A stretch of 59,945 nt of DNA, the filler included, from Asterionella formosa (lineage: Eukaryota): the NCBI GenBank assembly GCA_002256025.1. It is 13 parts of 13 records of this genome, joined end to end, with 100 filler letters (N's around TTAATTAATTAA, not from the genome) between each part and the next. Parts side by side here need not be neighbours in the genome. Positions count along the whole stretch, not along the records: positions 9,261 to 13,785 come from NKIB01013475.1; positions 13,886 to 18,410 come from NKIB01013476.1; positions 18,511 to 23,035 come from NKIB01013478.1; 10 more parts are not named here. One strand, 5' to 3'. Each line of letters begins with the position of its first letter. Positions within the stretch are counted from its first letter, which is position 1. Under the pieces are notes generated by a model. That model searched no databases, had not been told where the DNA came from, and saw nothing but the letters and a program-made list of their open reading frames with translations. The position numbers and the translations under genes were made by a program. This document shows, piece after piece, positions 12,700 through 21,771 of the stretch.

Positions 12700-13780
12700 C
12701 AGTTGTGATAATGTTGACTGGCTGATAGTAGTACTGTGTTGCTCTGCGAAAAAATTGAATGGTGCATGGCTGCTTGTGTGCTGCTTTTCTGCTGTAGCTA
12801 GCTATATTAAATGAATTACTGACACACTGTTGCTATCTAAGATTTTGCAGGTCAATGAAGAACCCACTTCGAGGACAAGAAGGGGGGGGAGGGGGTGGTG
12901 CATTTTCCCACAATGCCTGGCTGTTCAAGAGTGAAGATTCCATTCTGAAAAAAGCCTTATTGCATGTCGAAATTTGTTTCTCCTGTTGTTTGGTGAAATA
13001 GTGGAAATAGTCAAATAAATTATTTGATAGAACTTTTTAAATTGGTTGAATGACCTTCAGAAAAACACATAAACGAAAATTATAGAAGTACGTGGTGAAT
13101 ATAATTAAATGGTTATGAGGGAATGGCTTAGTGGTTAAGAACAATGTTGCCTTTGATCTGAGGTTGTGAGGTTCGATTCCCGCAATTTTTTTGAGAAGCA
13201 ATTGTTGAGTTCGACTCCCACACTCCTTACCGTCCCGCACGGTCTTGCCTGGTGTGCAAGAAATAGAGAGTTGCCCCCCCCCTACAAGCAGCTTGTGCCG
13301 CCTTCCTAGGCGGTCGGAGTTTCCCCTAACGCTGCGGCTAAGACGATCACCTTTCGCGAAAGGTGGTTGGGGACTCACCTACGCTAACAAAACTAGGGAA
13401 GCATGGGTCTTGTCGGCAGCAGGTAGCAGAATGAAATATTTGCCTTGAAAGAGATGAGTACGAATGGGCTATAAAACACACTAACTTTTATAATTAAATG
13501 CCGCCCTGGTTATGTGAATAGATTTCTAGAGTTAGCTATATGGAGGAAATTTAAAGTAGTTACTACCTATGTTAAAGAAATGAAATGGTGGTAACATGAC
13601 CTAAATTACAGAATTACGGGAACAAGAAGTTCAAAGAATTACATAAAGGTTTTCTCGAAATATAGTGATGATCAGTACTGCATGGTGCATGATATTTTGA
13701 TTAAGTAATGAAGGTGATGTATTGTTCAGAAAACACCACGTTGCTGTATTCAAGTGCGCATTTTGATGAAGCTACTAGCT
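12700..13780. mobile_element. Diverged partial copy of the long-TIR element at 42780-44219, carrying a SINE insertion
   Basis: Shares 'aattactgacacactgtt...ttgcaggtcaatgaagaa', 'tatttgatag', 'taaattacagaatta' and 'atatagtgatgatcag' in the same order as 43150-44130. Confidence 0.7.
13112..13488 (+). mobile_element. tRNA-derived SINE-like element with 12-bp target-site duplication
   Basis: Pol III A box TGGCTTAGTGG (13124-13134), B box GGTTCGATTCC (13170-13180), GC-rich structured body; flanked by the direct repeat TATAATTAAATG at 13100-13111 and 13489-13500. Confidence 0.75.
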
Positions 13781-13885
13781 AGCTANNNNNNNNNNNNNNN
13801 NNNNNNNNNNNNNNNNNNNNNNNNNNNNNTTAATTAATTAANNNNNNNNNNNNNNNNNNNNNNNNNNNNNNNNNNNNNNNNNNNN

Positions 13886-14507
13886 AGATGATGTCGGCAA
13901 GATGGTTTGTCGCGCGATTTTGTGTGATATCTTTGCGCTCCTGAAAGAAGCGAATGTCTTGGATGCGTAGCAGTTTGGTGCGTCGTTCACCGTGGATGGT
14001 CAAGTATTCACATGAGCGCATCGCGAAGAAAAATGCTAAGATAATGAGTGGGCCCATGCAAGTGTCGACCGGTGTTGCGTGTTGAAAGTATAATTTTAAA
14101 ATAAATTCGATTGTTAATGCTCGTTGATGTTTAACGGCTGGATCGGTATGTCGATAAGCGGAGAACTGGAGGCGTAGAATTCGGTGAGTCTTGCCGTGTA
14201 TGTTTGTTGCGGGGTCAGGTCTGTCGTTCTCCACAAAGGTCGCCGATAGAGATGCGATGGTGTCCCGGACTGTCGCTGATGCCAGAGGAGTGTCTCGATG
14301 TGTACTGAACTCGGCCTGCCGGACGGCATGCGCGAATGCTCCGATGAGTCGAATGCGTTGTTCTGGTGAGAGGTTGGCGAGGAATGGATCGGTGACATCA
14401 CAAAATCCAATGGACGCAAGGAATTCGGTCCAGATTCGGAAGACGCGATTGAGCTTCGCCGTGGTGTTAGCTTGAAGTCCTTGGGAGCGCGCCCGATCTG
14501 CATCCAT
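13886..14507 (-). CDS. Tyrosine recombinase, N-terminal part (3'-truncated), copy 1
   Basis: Core-binding region 'SATVRDTIASLSATF...RPDP' and box I 'AFFFAMRSCEY' with the catalytic Arg; overlaps the pol 3' end in another frame. Confidence 0.88.
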
Positions 14508-16813
14508 AAGGTAAGCTTGGAGGCGATGTCGGTGGGGAGCGGCGAGATGGAGAAATTCGGGGGCATCTGGTGGGTGGCCGAGTGATGGATGAGGTGTGTT
14601 AGTTGTGCATTTGATAGATGATGGTCACGAGAGAGGGCATCGGCTATCACGTTGTCATCTCCTGGGATCCATTGGCTGTAGCTACACGCCTGGGTTTGCT
14701 CGAGGATCGCGGCTAGCCAGCGAGAGATTGCTAAATGGGTCGATTTTTCTTGACCTTGAAACCGTGCGCCACCGCGGTGAAGCCAATAATCCGCCGTCGA
14801 GCTGTCCAGTTGGGAGAGAATGCAGTCGTCGGGTCTGATGTTACCGACTGCGGCTTCAGTTGCAATGGTGGTGATGGATGCAAGGTACTCCAGTAGGTTC
14901 AGCGACAGATGTCCCCGACATTCTGTTGGAATTTCGAATCGCCAGGCTCGGCCCGATGTGAGCGAGAACCCTCCGATTCCGTGTTGGCAGGCGTCGGCAC
15001 GCAGGAGGATGGTGGGAACACGTAGTGTTAGTCGGTTTAGGCTGATTCCTTGGCTTGCGGTACGTAAGAAGGTGAGCCATTGCCGCAATTCTTCCTTTTG
15101 TAATTCCGATAATGGAATTCTTTTTCCGCTGACCCTTGCTCGCCGTTCGGCACGTCGGAGATGGCATAGAAAGGCACGAGCGGTTGGGATCACATACGAG
15201 GCATGGTTCAGTCGACCGATCGTGGTCGCTAATACTTCACAATCAACCGTGGGCAACTGTAGTATGCGGTCAATTTCCGCATTCCAGGACGTGAGTTTAT
15301 CGTGGGGGAGGCGTAGTCGAAGGGTGCGTGTGTTCACCTCCCATCCTAAGATTATCTTGGATTCTTCTGGGGAGCCTTCTGCTGTCATTTTTTCGAACGC
15401 GAGTAGATCTTCACGTTGTAGGGGTTCGGATTCAGCTATAGGTCTGCCCAACAGATGTAGCATAAGCAGTGTAATTCGTGAACCTTTCCATATAGCTGTC
15501 GGATTATCCAAGAAACACGTAAATAGATCGTCTAGATAACATTCAGTAAACGGTGCTAGGTCAGCGTCGATCGCTACTGTCGTGGGTTGTGCTGGTTCAC
15601 AAGTTGACCTAGTGTTGAGGTACTTTGGCATGGTGACGTATTTTTGTTGGTGCGGGGATTCCAGTGTGGGCGTGGACTCCGAGTTCCATCGGTCGCAACG
15701 TGATAACAAATTGCACGTGTCGCATGCTAGTTCAGAGACATCGCTCCACATGCTTGGGTTTGGTGCCCCCCCGAAAGTCATCCGTAAAGCGAGAAGCGCT
15801 ATGTCATCGATAATGACTACGGCCTGTGACGCTGTGAGACTCGATGTATGTAGGCGGCGATACGCGGCTTTAAAATCTAATTTAGTCATTAGAATTCGAG
15901 TGTCCGGATAGATTCTTCTTAGATCCACTATGTAGTGAATAAATCGTCTCAGTGCGGTGCCGTATCTACACGGTGTCAGCGAGTCAAATATGACACGTGC
16001 ATTGACTGAAGTCCCTGGGGAGAACTCGAATGATTGGTCGTGGGTCAGCCGGTCTTTGGGTATTATTTCCCCGTGTGCGTTGATCGTGGCTTGCGTCACT
16101 AGACCTATCGGCGCTACAACAGCGTGTGGTAGTAGGCGGATATTTTCCGGTGGGAGTGGGAGTTGCCAGCCTCTGTCGACTTCTTTGATTAGAAGTTTCG
16201 TAACTATTTCATGTTTAAGTTTCGCCGATGTGTGGTTGCCTCGCGCGACGGCGAGCTTCAAGTCGTGTAGCCTCTGCTCGTCCAGTAGAGGTTTGAGCGG
16301 GAATTCTACACCAGTCGTGATGAGAGTGACGAAACGTCCCCACAGCGGATGGTAGGATAGTAGAGGACGCAGTAGGTGTAATGCTCGGAATTCCGAACCT
16401 ATACTGAGCGGGGAGTTGGCCTGGCTCGCAATTGCCTTGGTAATGTCTAGGTTGAACTGTACTAGTATCGCCCAGTTGTGGTTTGCCGCCTCCGTACTCC
16501 ATTCGAAACGAAATGTCGGTGTGTTCATATGCGGTGATGGGGTATCTAGAATGCAATTGATGTGTCGGAGCAACTCGTTTTCCAAAGTATGGCGTGATGT
16601 GTGTTGTTCGATGGTGGGGCTGGCGGGGAGTGGGGCTATTCGTGCAAATTGCCGCGGAGTGTCGTGGTGGCGGTCGGGCGAGTTTGTGTCTGTGCTGTCT
16701 GGTACGCAAACATCTGTAGCTAGTATTGTGTCGTGATCTGTACAGTCGGAATCGCTACCACCGGTATGGTAGCTTGACTTACCCAGGATAGTTTCATTGT
16801 TAGGTTGCGGCAT
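14114..16813 (-). CDS. Pol: reverse transcriptase + RNase H, copy 1 (frame open upstream to the gag stop at 17144-17146)
   Basis: RT motifs KDRLTHDQS, KLDFKAAYR, LRMTFGG and YLDD; RNase H motifs DAC..GIGG, LNLLEYLA, DSSTA and IPGDDNVIADALSR. Confidence 0.93.
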   Translation of the reverse strand: MPQPNNETILGKSSYHTGGSDSDCTDHDTILATDVCVPDSTDTNSPDRHHDTPRQFARIAPLPASPTIEQHTSRHTLENELLRHINCILDTPSPHMNTPTFRFEWSTEAANHNWAILVQFNLDITKAIASQANSPLSIGSEFRALHLLRPLLSYHPLWGRFVTLITTGVEFPLKPLLDEQRLHDLKLAVARGNHTSAKLKHEIVTKLLIKEVDRGWQLPLPPENIRLLPHAVVAPIGLVTQATINAHGEIIPKDRLTHDQSFEFSPGTSVNARVIFDSLTPCRYGTALRRFIHYIVDLRRIYPDTRILMTKLDFKAAYRRLHTSSLTASQAVVIIDDIALLALRMTFGGAPNPSMWSDVSELACDTCNLLSRCDRWNSESTPTLESPHQQKYVTMPKYLNTRSTCEPAQPTTVAIDADLAPFTECYLDDLFTCFLDNPTAIWKGSRITLLMLHLLGRPIAESEPLQREDLLAFEKMTAEGSPEESKIILGWEVNTRTLRLRLPHDKLTSWNAEIDRILQLPTVDCEVLATTIGRLNHASYVIPTARAFLCHLRRAERRARVSGKRIPLSELQKEELRQWLTFLRTASQGISLNRLTLRVPTILLRADACQHGIGGFSLTSGRAWRFEIPTECRGHLSLNLLEYLASITTIATEAAVGNIRPDDCILSQLDSSTADYWLHRGGARFQGQEKSTHLAISRWLAAILEQTQACSYSQWIPGDDNVIADALSRDHHLSNAQLTHLIHHSATHQMPPNFSISPLPTDIASKLTLWMQIGRAPKDFKLTPRRSSIASSESGPNSLRPLDFVMSPIHSSPTSHQNNAFDSSEHSRMPSGRPSSVHIETLLWHQRQSGTPSHLYRRPLWRTTDLTPQQTYTARLTEFYASSSPLIDIPIQPLNINEH

Positions 16814-17143
16814 CCGTGTGCTGGAGTGTAGCAGATGTGTGGGTCGTGCCAGGTACGGTGGTGGGTGCGGTAGTGGTGATATCGGTAGTGGCGGTAAGGC
16901 CGTTATCCTGATACAACGTGCTGAGTCCGTATTCTGATCTCGTATACGTGCGAAAAACTTCGTGCGTGATGTGGTTAATAATTTTGAGATATCGGATGGA
17001 CGAATCTTTCCCGACTCGGTGATGGTAAGTTTTGGAATTGTCGTCGTCTCGATCTTGTGCGCTACTATTGACGATGAACCGCGATAGACTGTTAAATGCC
17101 TCGTTACTGAATGCGTTACAGGGACTACCCGGGTGTGCCCTAG

Positions 17144-18410
17144 TCAATTTGATGTGTTCGAACTGCGTGGTGTGGTCGATGTCACATCGCGAATGGCCTC
17201 GGTGAAAAATGTTGCAAATGCTTTTTTGTTGTCGCCTGTTAACTGAACGTGTGCGTCTTTTCTATCACAGTTGTCTATGCAGATCCCTGATATCTGCCAA
17301 CGGCAACAATTTGTTGCCCCATTTACTCTGGGTGCCTTTCGCAGAACTGAGGGCGGAAAAGCGTCGCGATAGAAGATGCCTGTCGGAAGTCGAAAAAGGA
17401 TGTCGGCTCGCGGGTTGGTGACTGCTCTGCCTCGGATGAAATTTGTTGTGTTTTGTTGGTGGTTGTTTTCCTGCTGTTGATGTCTGTTTCCTTGTTGCTG
17501 GTGTCTGCGATTGTTTTCGTCGAATTGGTCGTCCCGAGTACGTTTGGAATGTAGAAAAAGTGCGGCAACCCGTGGGTGAAGTGGTGAGGTCATGGGGTTT
17601 CCGACAGCGATCTGGCGTTGTTGTTGCGAGAAATCGAGGAGTTGAAAATCCATTTCTTGGACTGATCTTGCATACCTTGAGTTGCGCCAGAACGCCTGTA
17701 TCATGTTGTCCATGATTGTAAGTTGGTGCGCGAAAAAGCGAAAATCGAGATCGGAGCAATGCCGATAGGTGGCGCGATTTGCCTCGATATGGGTTAGCCA
17801 CGTGCACAATCGGTCAGCAGTGAAGCAATTTCCTAGAACGAAAAGGACAATTGCGATCATGTTCTTAATGGTTGTTTCAAAATCTGCAACCGTCTTTGCA
17901 ACAATCAACAGTTTCTTGTCGCTCAAACGTTTCATGATCTGATTGTAGCGGTCGCTGTCTCCTGCTGCGTCAATGGTGGCATTAGATATGATCTCTATAT
18001 CTTACGAAGACACCATGTTATTCGACTCCGATAGCAGTTTGAAAAGGCTGATGCGTGAAGGTCCTTCGGTCGGGTCGTAGTTGAACTGTAATTGGCTAAT
18101 ACACAGAGTTGTAAATGGATCTAAACGTAGATCTTGACAGTTTAGAATGGATTGTAGATACTCTGCCATAAATTGCTGTGCTGCGGATGTATTCGAGCTG
18201 AGCGAGAGGAATGTAGCAAGGGATTGAATGGGCTCCGTAATGATGTCGTCATCATGAGCTGCCATTAAACGAAGGATCTGATCTTGGAGGAATTTAGGTT
18301 GTTTTTCCCAGGCCCTAGAAGAAGATGGAGTGTTAGAAGACCTAGCTTCCACTAACCTGTCTGTGTTTGTAGCTAGGTTCGAAGCAGCGCTCACTAGTGC
18401 TGCGGCTACC
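17144..18410 (-). pseudogene. Gag-like ORF, copy 1, 5'-partial, interrupted by premature TAA at 18002-18004
   Basis: Nearly identical to copy 2, but the Ser codon TCA is changed to TAA; C-terminal Cys/His knuckle CCRWQISGICIDNCDRKDAH. Confidence 0.85.
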
Positions 18411-18510
18411 NNNNNNNNNNNNNNNNNNNNNNNNNNNNNNNNNNNNNNNNNNNNTTAATTAATTAANNNNNNNNNNNNNNNNNNNNNNNNNNNNNNNNNN
18501 NNNNNNNNNN

Positions 18511-19132
18511 AGATGATGTCGGCAAGATGGTTTGTCGCGCGATTTTGTGTGATATCTTTGCGCTCCTGAAAGAAGCGAATGTCTTGGATGCGTAGCAGTT
18601 TGGTGCGTCGTTCACCGTGGATGGTCAAGTATTCACATGAGCGCATCGCGAAGAAAAATGCTAAGATAATGAGTGGGCCCATGCAAGTGTCGACCGGTGT
18701 TGCGTGTTGAAAGTATAATTTTAAAATAAATTCGATTGTTAATGCTCGTTGATGTTTAACGGCTGGATCGGTATGTCGATAAGCGGAGAACTGGAGGCGT
18801 AGAATTCGGTGAGTCTTGCCGTGTATGTTTGTTGCGGGGTCAGGTCTGTCGTTCTCCACAAAGGTCGCCGATAGAGATGCGATGGTGTCCCGGACTGTCG
18901 CTGATGCCAGAGGAGTGTCTCGATGTGTACTGAACTCGGCCTGCCGGACGGCATGCGCGAATGCTCCGATGAGTCGAATGCGTTGTTCTGGTGAGAGGTT
19001 GGCGAGGAATGGATCGGTGACATCACAAAATCCAATGGACGCAAGGAATTCGGTCCAGATTCGGAAGACGCGATTGAGCTTCGCCGTGGTGTTAGCTTGA
19101 AGTCCTTGGGAGCGCGCCCGATCTGCATCCAT
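18511..19132 (-). CDS. Tyrosine recombinase, N-terminal part (3'-truncated), copy 2
   Basis: AFFFAMRSCEY box I motif; overlaps pol over 18739-19132; its frame is open upstream to 19249. Confidence 0.88.
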
Positions 19133-21438
19133 AAGGTAAGCTTGGAGGCGATGTCGGTGGGGAGCGGCGAGATGGAGAAATTCGGGGGCATCTGGTGGGT
19201 GGCCGAGTGATGGATGAGGTGTGTTAGTTGTGCATTTGATAGATGATGGTCACGAGAGAGGGCATCGGCTATCACGTTGTCATCTCCTGGGATCCATTGG
19301 CTGTAGCTACACGCCTGGGTTTGCTCGAGGATCGCGGCTAGCCAGCGAGAGATTGCTAAATGGGTCGATTTTTCTTGACCTTGAAACCGTGCGCCACCGC
19401 GGTGAAGCCAATAATCCGCCGTCGAGCTGTCCAGTTGGGAGAGAATGCAGTCGTCGGGTCTGATGTTACCGACTGCGGCTTCAGTTGCAATGGTGGTGAT
19501 GGATGCAAGGTACTCCAGTAGGTTCAGCGACAGATGTCCCCGACATTCTGTTGGAATTTCGAATCGCCAGGCTCGGCCCGATGTGAGCGAGAACCCTCCG
19601 ATTCCGTGTTGGCAGGCGTCGGCACGCAGGAGGATGGTGGGAACACGTAGTGTTAGTCGGTTTAGGCTGATTCCTTGGCTTGCGGTACGTAAGAAGGTGA
19701 GCCATTGCCGCAATTCTTCCTTTTGTAATTCCGATAATGGAATTCTTTTTCCGCTGACCCTTGCTCGCCGTTCGGCACGTCGGAGATGGCATAGAAAGGC
19801 ACGAGCGGTTGGGATCACATACGAGGCATGGTTCAGTCGACCGATCGTGGTCGCTAATACTTCACAATCAACCGTGGGCAACTGTAGTATGCGGTCAATT
19901 TCCGCATTCCAGGACGTGAGTTTATCGTGGGGGAGGCGTAGTCGAAGGGTGCGTGTGTTCACCTCCCATCCTAAGATTATCTTGGATTCTTCTGGGGAGC
20001 CTTCTGCTGTCATTTTTTCGAACGCGAGTAGATCTTCACGTTGTAGGGGTTCGGATTCAGCTATAGGTCTGCCCAACAGATGTAGCATAAGCAGTGTAAT
20101 TCGTGAACCTTTCCATATAGCTGTCGGATTATCCAAGAAACACGTAAATAGATCGTCTAGATAACATTCAGTAAACGGTGCTAGGTCAGCGTCGATCGCT
20201 ACTGTCGTGGGTTGTGCTGGTTCACAAGTTGACCTAGTGTTGAGGTACTTTGGCATGGTGACGTATTTTTGTTGGTGCGGGGATTCCAGTGTGGGCGTGG
20301 ACTCCGAGTTCCATCGGTCGCAACGTGATAACAAATTGCACGTGTCGCATGCTAGTTCAGAGACATCGCTCCACATGCTTGGGTTTGGTGCCCCCCCGAA
20401 AGTCATCCGTAAAGCGAGAAGCGCTATGTCATCGATAATGACTACGGCCTGTGACGCTGTGAGACTCGATGTATGTAGGCGGCGATACGCGGCTTTAAAA
20501 TCTAATTTAGTCATTAGAATTCGAGTGTCCGGATAGATTCTTCTTAGATCCACTATGTAGTGAATAAATCGTCTCAGTGCGGTGCCGTATCTACACGGTG
20601 TCAGCGAGTCAAATATGACACGTGCATTGACTGAAGTCCCTGGGGAGAACTCGAATGATTGGTCGTGGGTCAGCCGGTCTTTGGGTATTATTTCCCCGTG
20701 TGCGTTGATCGTGGCTTGCGTCACTAGACCTATCGGCGCTACAACAGCGTGTGGTAGTAGGCGGATATTTTCCGGTGGGAGTGGGAGTTGCCAGCCTCTG
20801 TCGACTTCTTTGATTAGAAGTTTCGTAACTATTTCATGTTTAAGTTTCGCCGATGTGTGGTTGCCTCGCGCGACGGCGAGCTCCAAGTCGTGTAGCCTCT
20901 GCTCGTCCGGTAGAGGTTTGAGCGGGAATTCTACACCAGTCGTGATGAGAGTGACGAAACGTCCCCACAGCGGATGGTAGGATAGTAGAGGACGCAGTAG
21001 GTGTAATGCTCGGAATTCCGAACCTATACTGAGCGGGGAGTTGGCCTGGCTCGCAATTGCCTTGGTAATGTCTAGGTTGAACTGTACTAGTATCGCCCAG
21101 TTGTGGTTTGCCGCCTCCGTACTCCATTCGAAACGAAATGTCGGTGTGTTCATATGCGGTGATGGAGTATCTAGAATGCAATTGATGTGTCGGAGCAACT
21201 CGTTTTCCAAAGTATGGCGTGATGTGTGTTGTTCGATGGTGGGGCTGGCGGGGAGTGGGGCTATTCGTGCAAATTGCCGCGGAGTGTCGTGGTGGCGGTC
21301 GGGCGAGTTTGTGTCTGTGCTGTCTGGTACGCAAACATCTGTAGCTAGTATTGTGTCGTGATCTGTACAGTCGGAATCGCTACCACCGGTATGGTAGCTT
21401 GACTTACCAAGGATAGTTTCATTGTTAGGTTGTGGCAT
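18739..21438 (-). CDS. Pol: reverse transcriptase + RNase H, copy 2 (frame open upstream to 21768)
   Basis: Same RT (YLDD) and RNase H motifs as copy 1; no DAM-methyltransferase motif seen after RNase H. Confidence 0.93.
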   Translation of the reverse strand: MPQPNNETILGKSSYHTGGSDSDCTDHDTILATDVCVPDSTDTNSPDRHHDTPRQFARIAPLPASPTIEQHTSRHTLENELLRHINCILDTPSPHMNTPTFRFEWSTEAANHNWAILVQFNLDITKAIASQANSPLSIGSEFRALHLLRPLLSYHPLWGRFVTLITTGVEFPLKPLPDEQRLHDLELAVARGNHTSAKLKHEIVTKLLIKEVDRGWQLPLPPENIRLLPHAVVAPIGLVTQATINAHGEIIPKDRLTHDQSFEFSPGTSVNARVIFDSLTPCRYGTALRRFIHYIVDLRRIYPDTRILMTKLDFKAAYRRLHTSSLTASQAVVIIDDIALLALRMTFGGAPNPSMWSDVSELACDTCNLLSRCDRWNSESTPTLESPHQQKYVTMPKYLNTRSTCEPAQPTTVAIDADLAPFTECYLDDLFTCFLDNPTAIWKGSRITLLMLHLLGRPIAESEPLQREDLLAFEKMTAEGSPEESKIILGWEVNTRTLRLRLPHDKLTSWNAEIDRILQLPTVDCEVLATTIGRLNHASYVIPTARAFLCHLRRAERRARVSGKRIPLSELQKEELRQWLTFLRTASQGISLNRLTLRVPTILLRADACQHGIGGFSLTSGRAWRFEIPTECRGHLSLNLLEYLASITTIATEAAVGNIRPDDCILSQLDSSTADYWLHRGGARFQGQEKSTHLAISRWLAAILEQTQACSYSQWIPGDDNVIADALSRDHHLSNAQLTHLIHHSATHQMPPNFSISPLPTDIASKLTLWMQIGRAPKDFKLTPRRSSIASSESGPNSLRPLDFVMSPIHSSPTSHQNNAFDSSEHSRMPSGRPSSVHIETLLWHQRQSGTPSHLYRRPLWRTTDLTPQQTYTARLTEFYASSSPLIDIPIQPLNINEH

Positions 21439-21739
21439 CCGTGTGCTGGAGTGTAGCAGATGTGTGGGTCGTGCCAGGTACGGTGGTGGGTGCGGTAGTG
21501 GTGATATCGGTAGTGGCGGTAAGGCCGTTATCCTGATACAACGTGCTGAGTCCGTATTCTGATCTCGTATACGTGCGAAAAACTTCGTGCGTGATGTGGT
21601 TAATAATTTTGAGATATCGGATGGACGAATCTTTCCCGACTCGGTGATGGTAAGTTTTGGAATTGTCGTCGTCTCGATCTTGTGCCCTACTATTGACGAT
21701 GAACCGCGATAGACTGTTAAATGCCTCGTTACTGAATGC

Positions 21740-21771
21740 GTTACAGGGACTACCCGGGTGTGCCCTAGTCA
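21740..21771 (-). promoter_or_regulatory. Candidate programmed stop-codon readthrough signal UGA-CUAG plus 3' stem-loop (copy 1: 17115-17146)
   Basis: Minus strand reads TCA AAT TGA CTA GGG CAC ACC CGG GTA GTC CCT GTA; gag and pol are in the same frame. Confidence 0.7.

Larger units (their letters stand above)
13886..18410 (-). mobile_element. Tyrosine-recombinase (DIRS-order) retrotransposon, internal region, copy 1 (gag carries a nonsense mutation)
   Basis: Order gag-like, RT/RNase H, overlapping YR; fills the whole contig; termini not assembled. Confidence 0.92.

Noticed and set aside
13118..13192. Functional tRNA gene
   Set aside because: A and B boxes are present, but there is no acceptor stem or proper anticodon arm; it fits a SINE head better.
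13320..13332. Telomerase RNA template (CCCTAAC)
   Set aside because: It is barely more than one repeat unit, is sequestered in a predicted helix and lies within a TSD-flanked insertion.
14191..17715. Plus-strand ORFs up to 239 aa inside the retrotransposon, and their twins in copy 2
   Set aside because: Antisense shadows of GC-rich coding sequence with no recognisable motifs.
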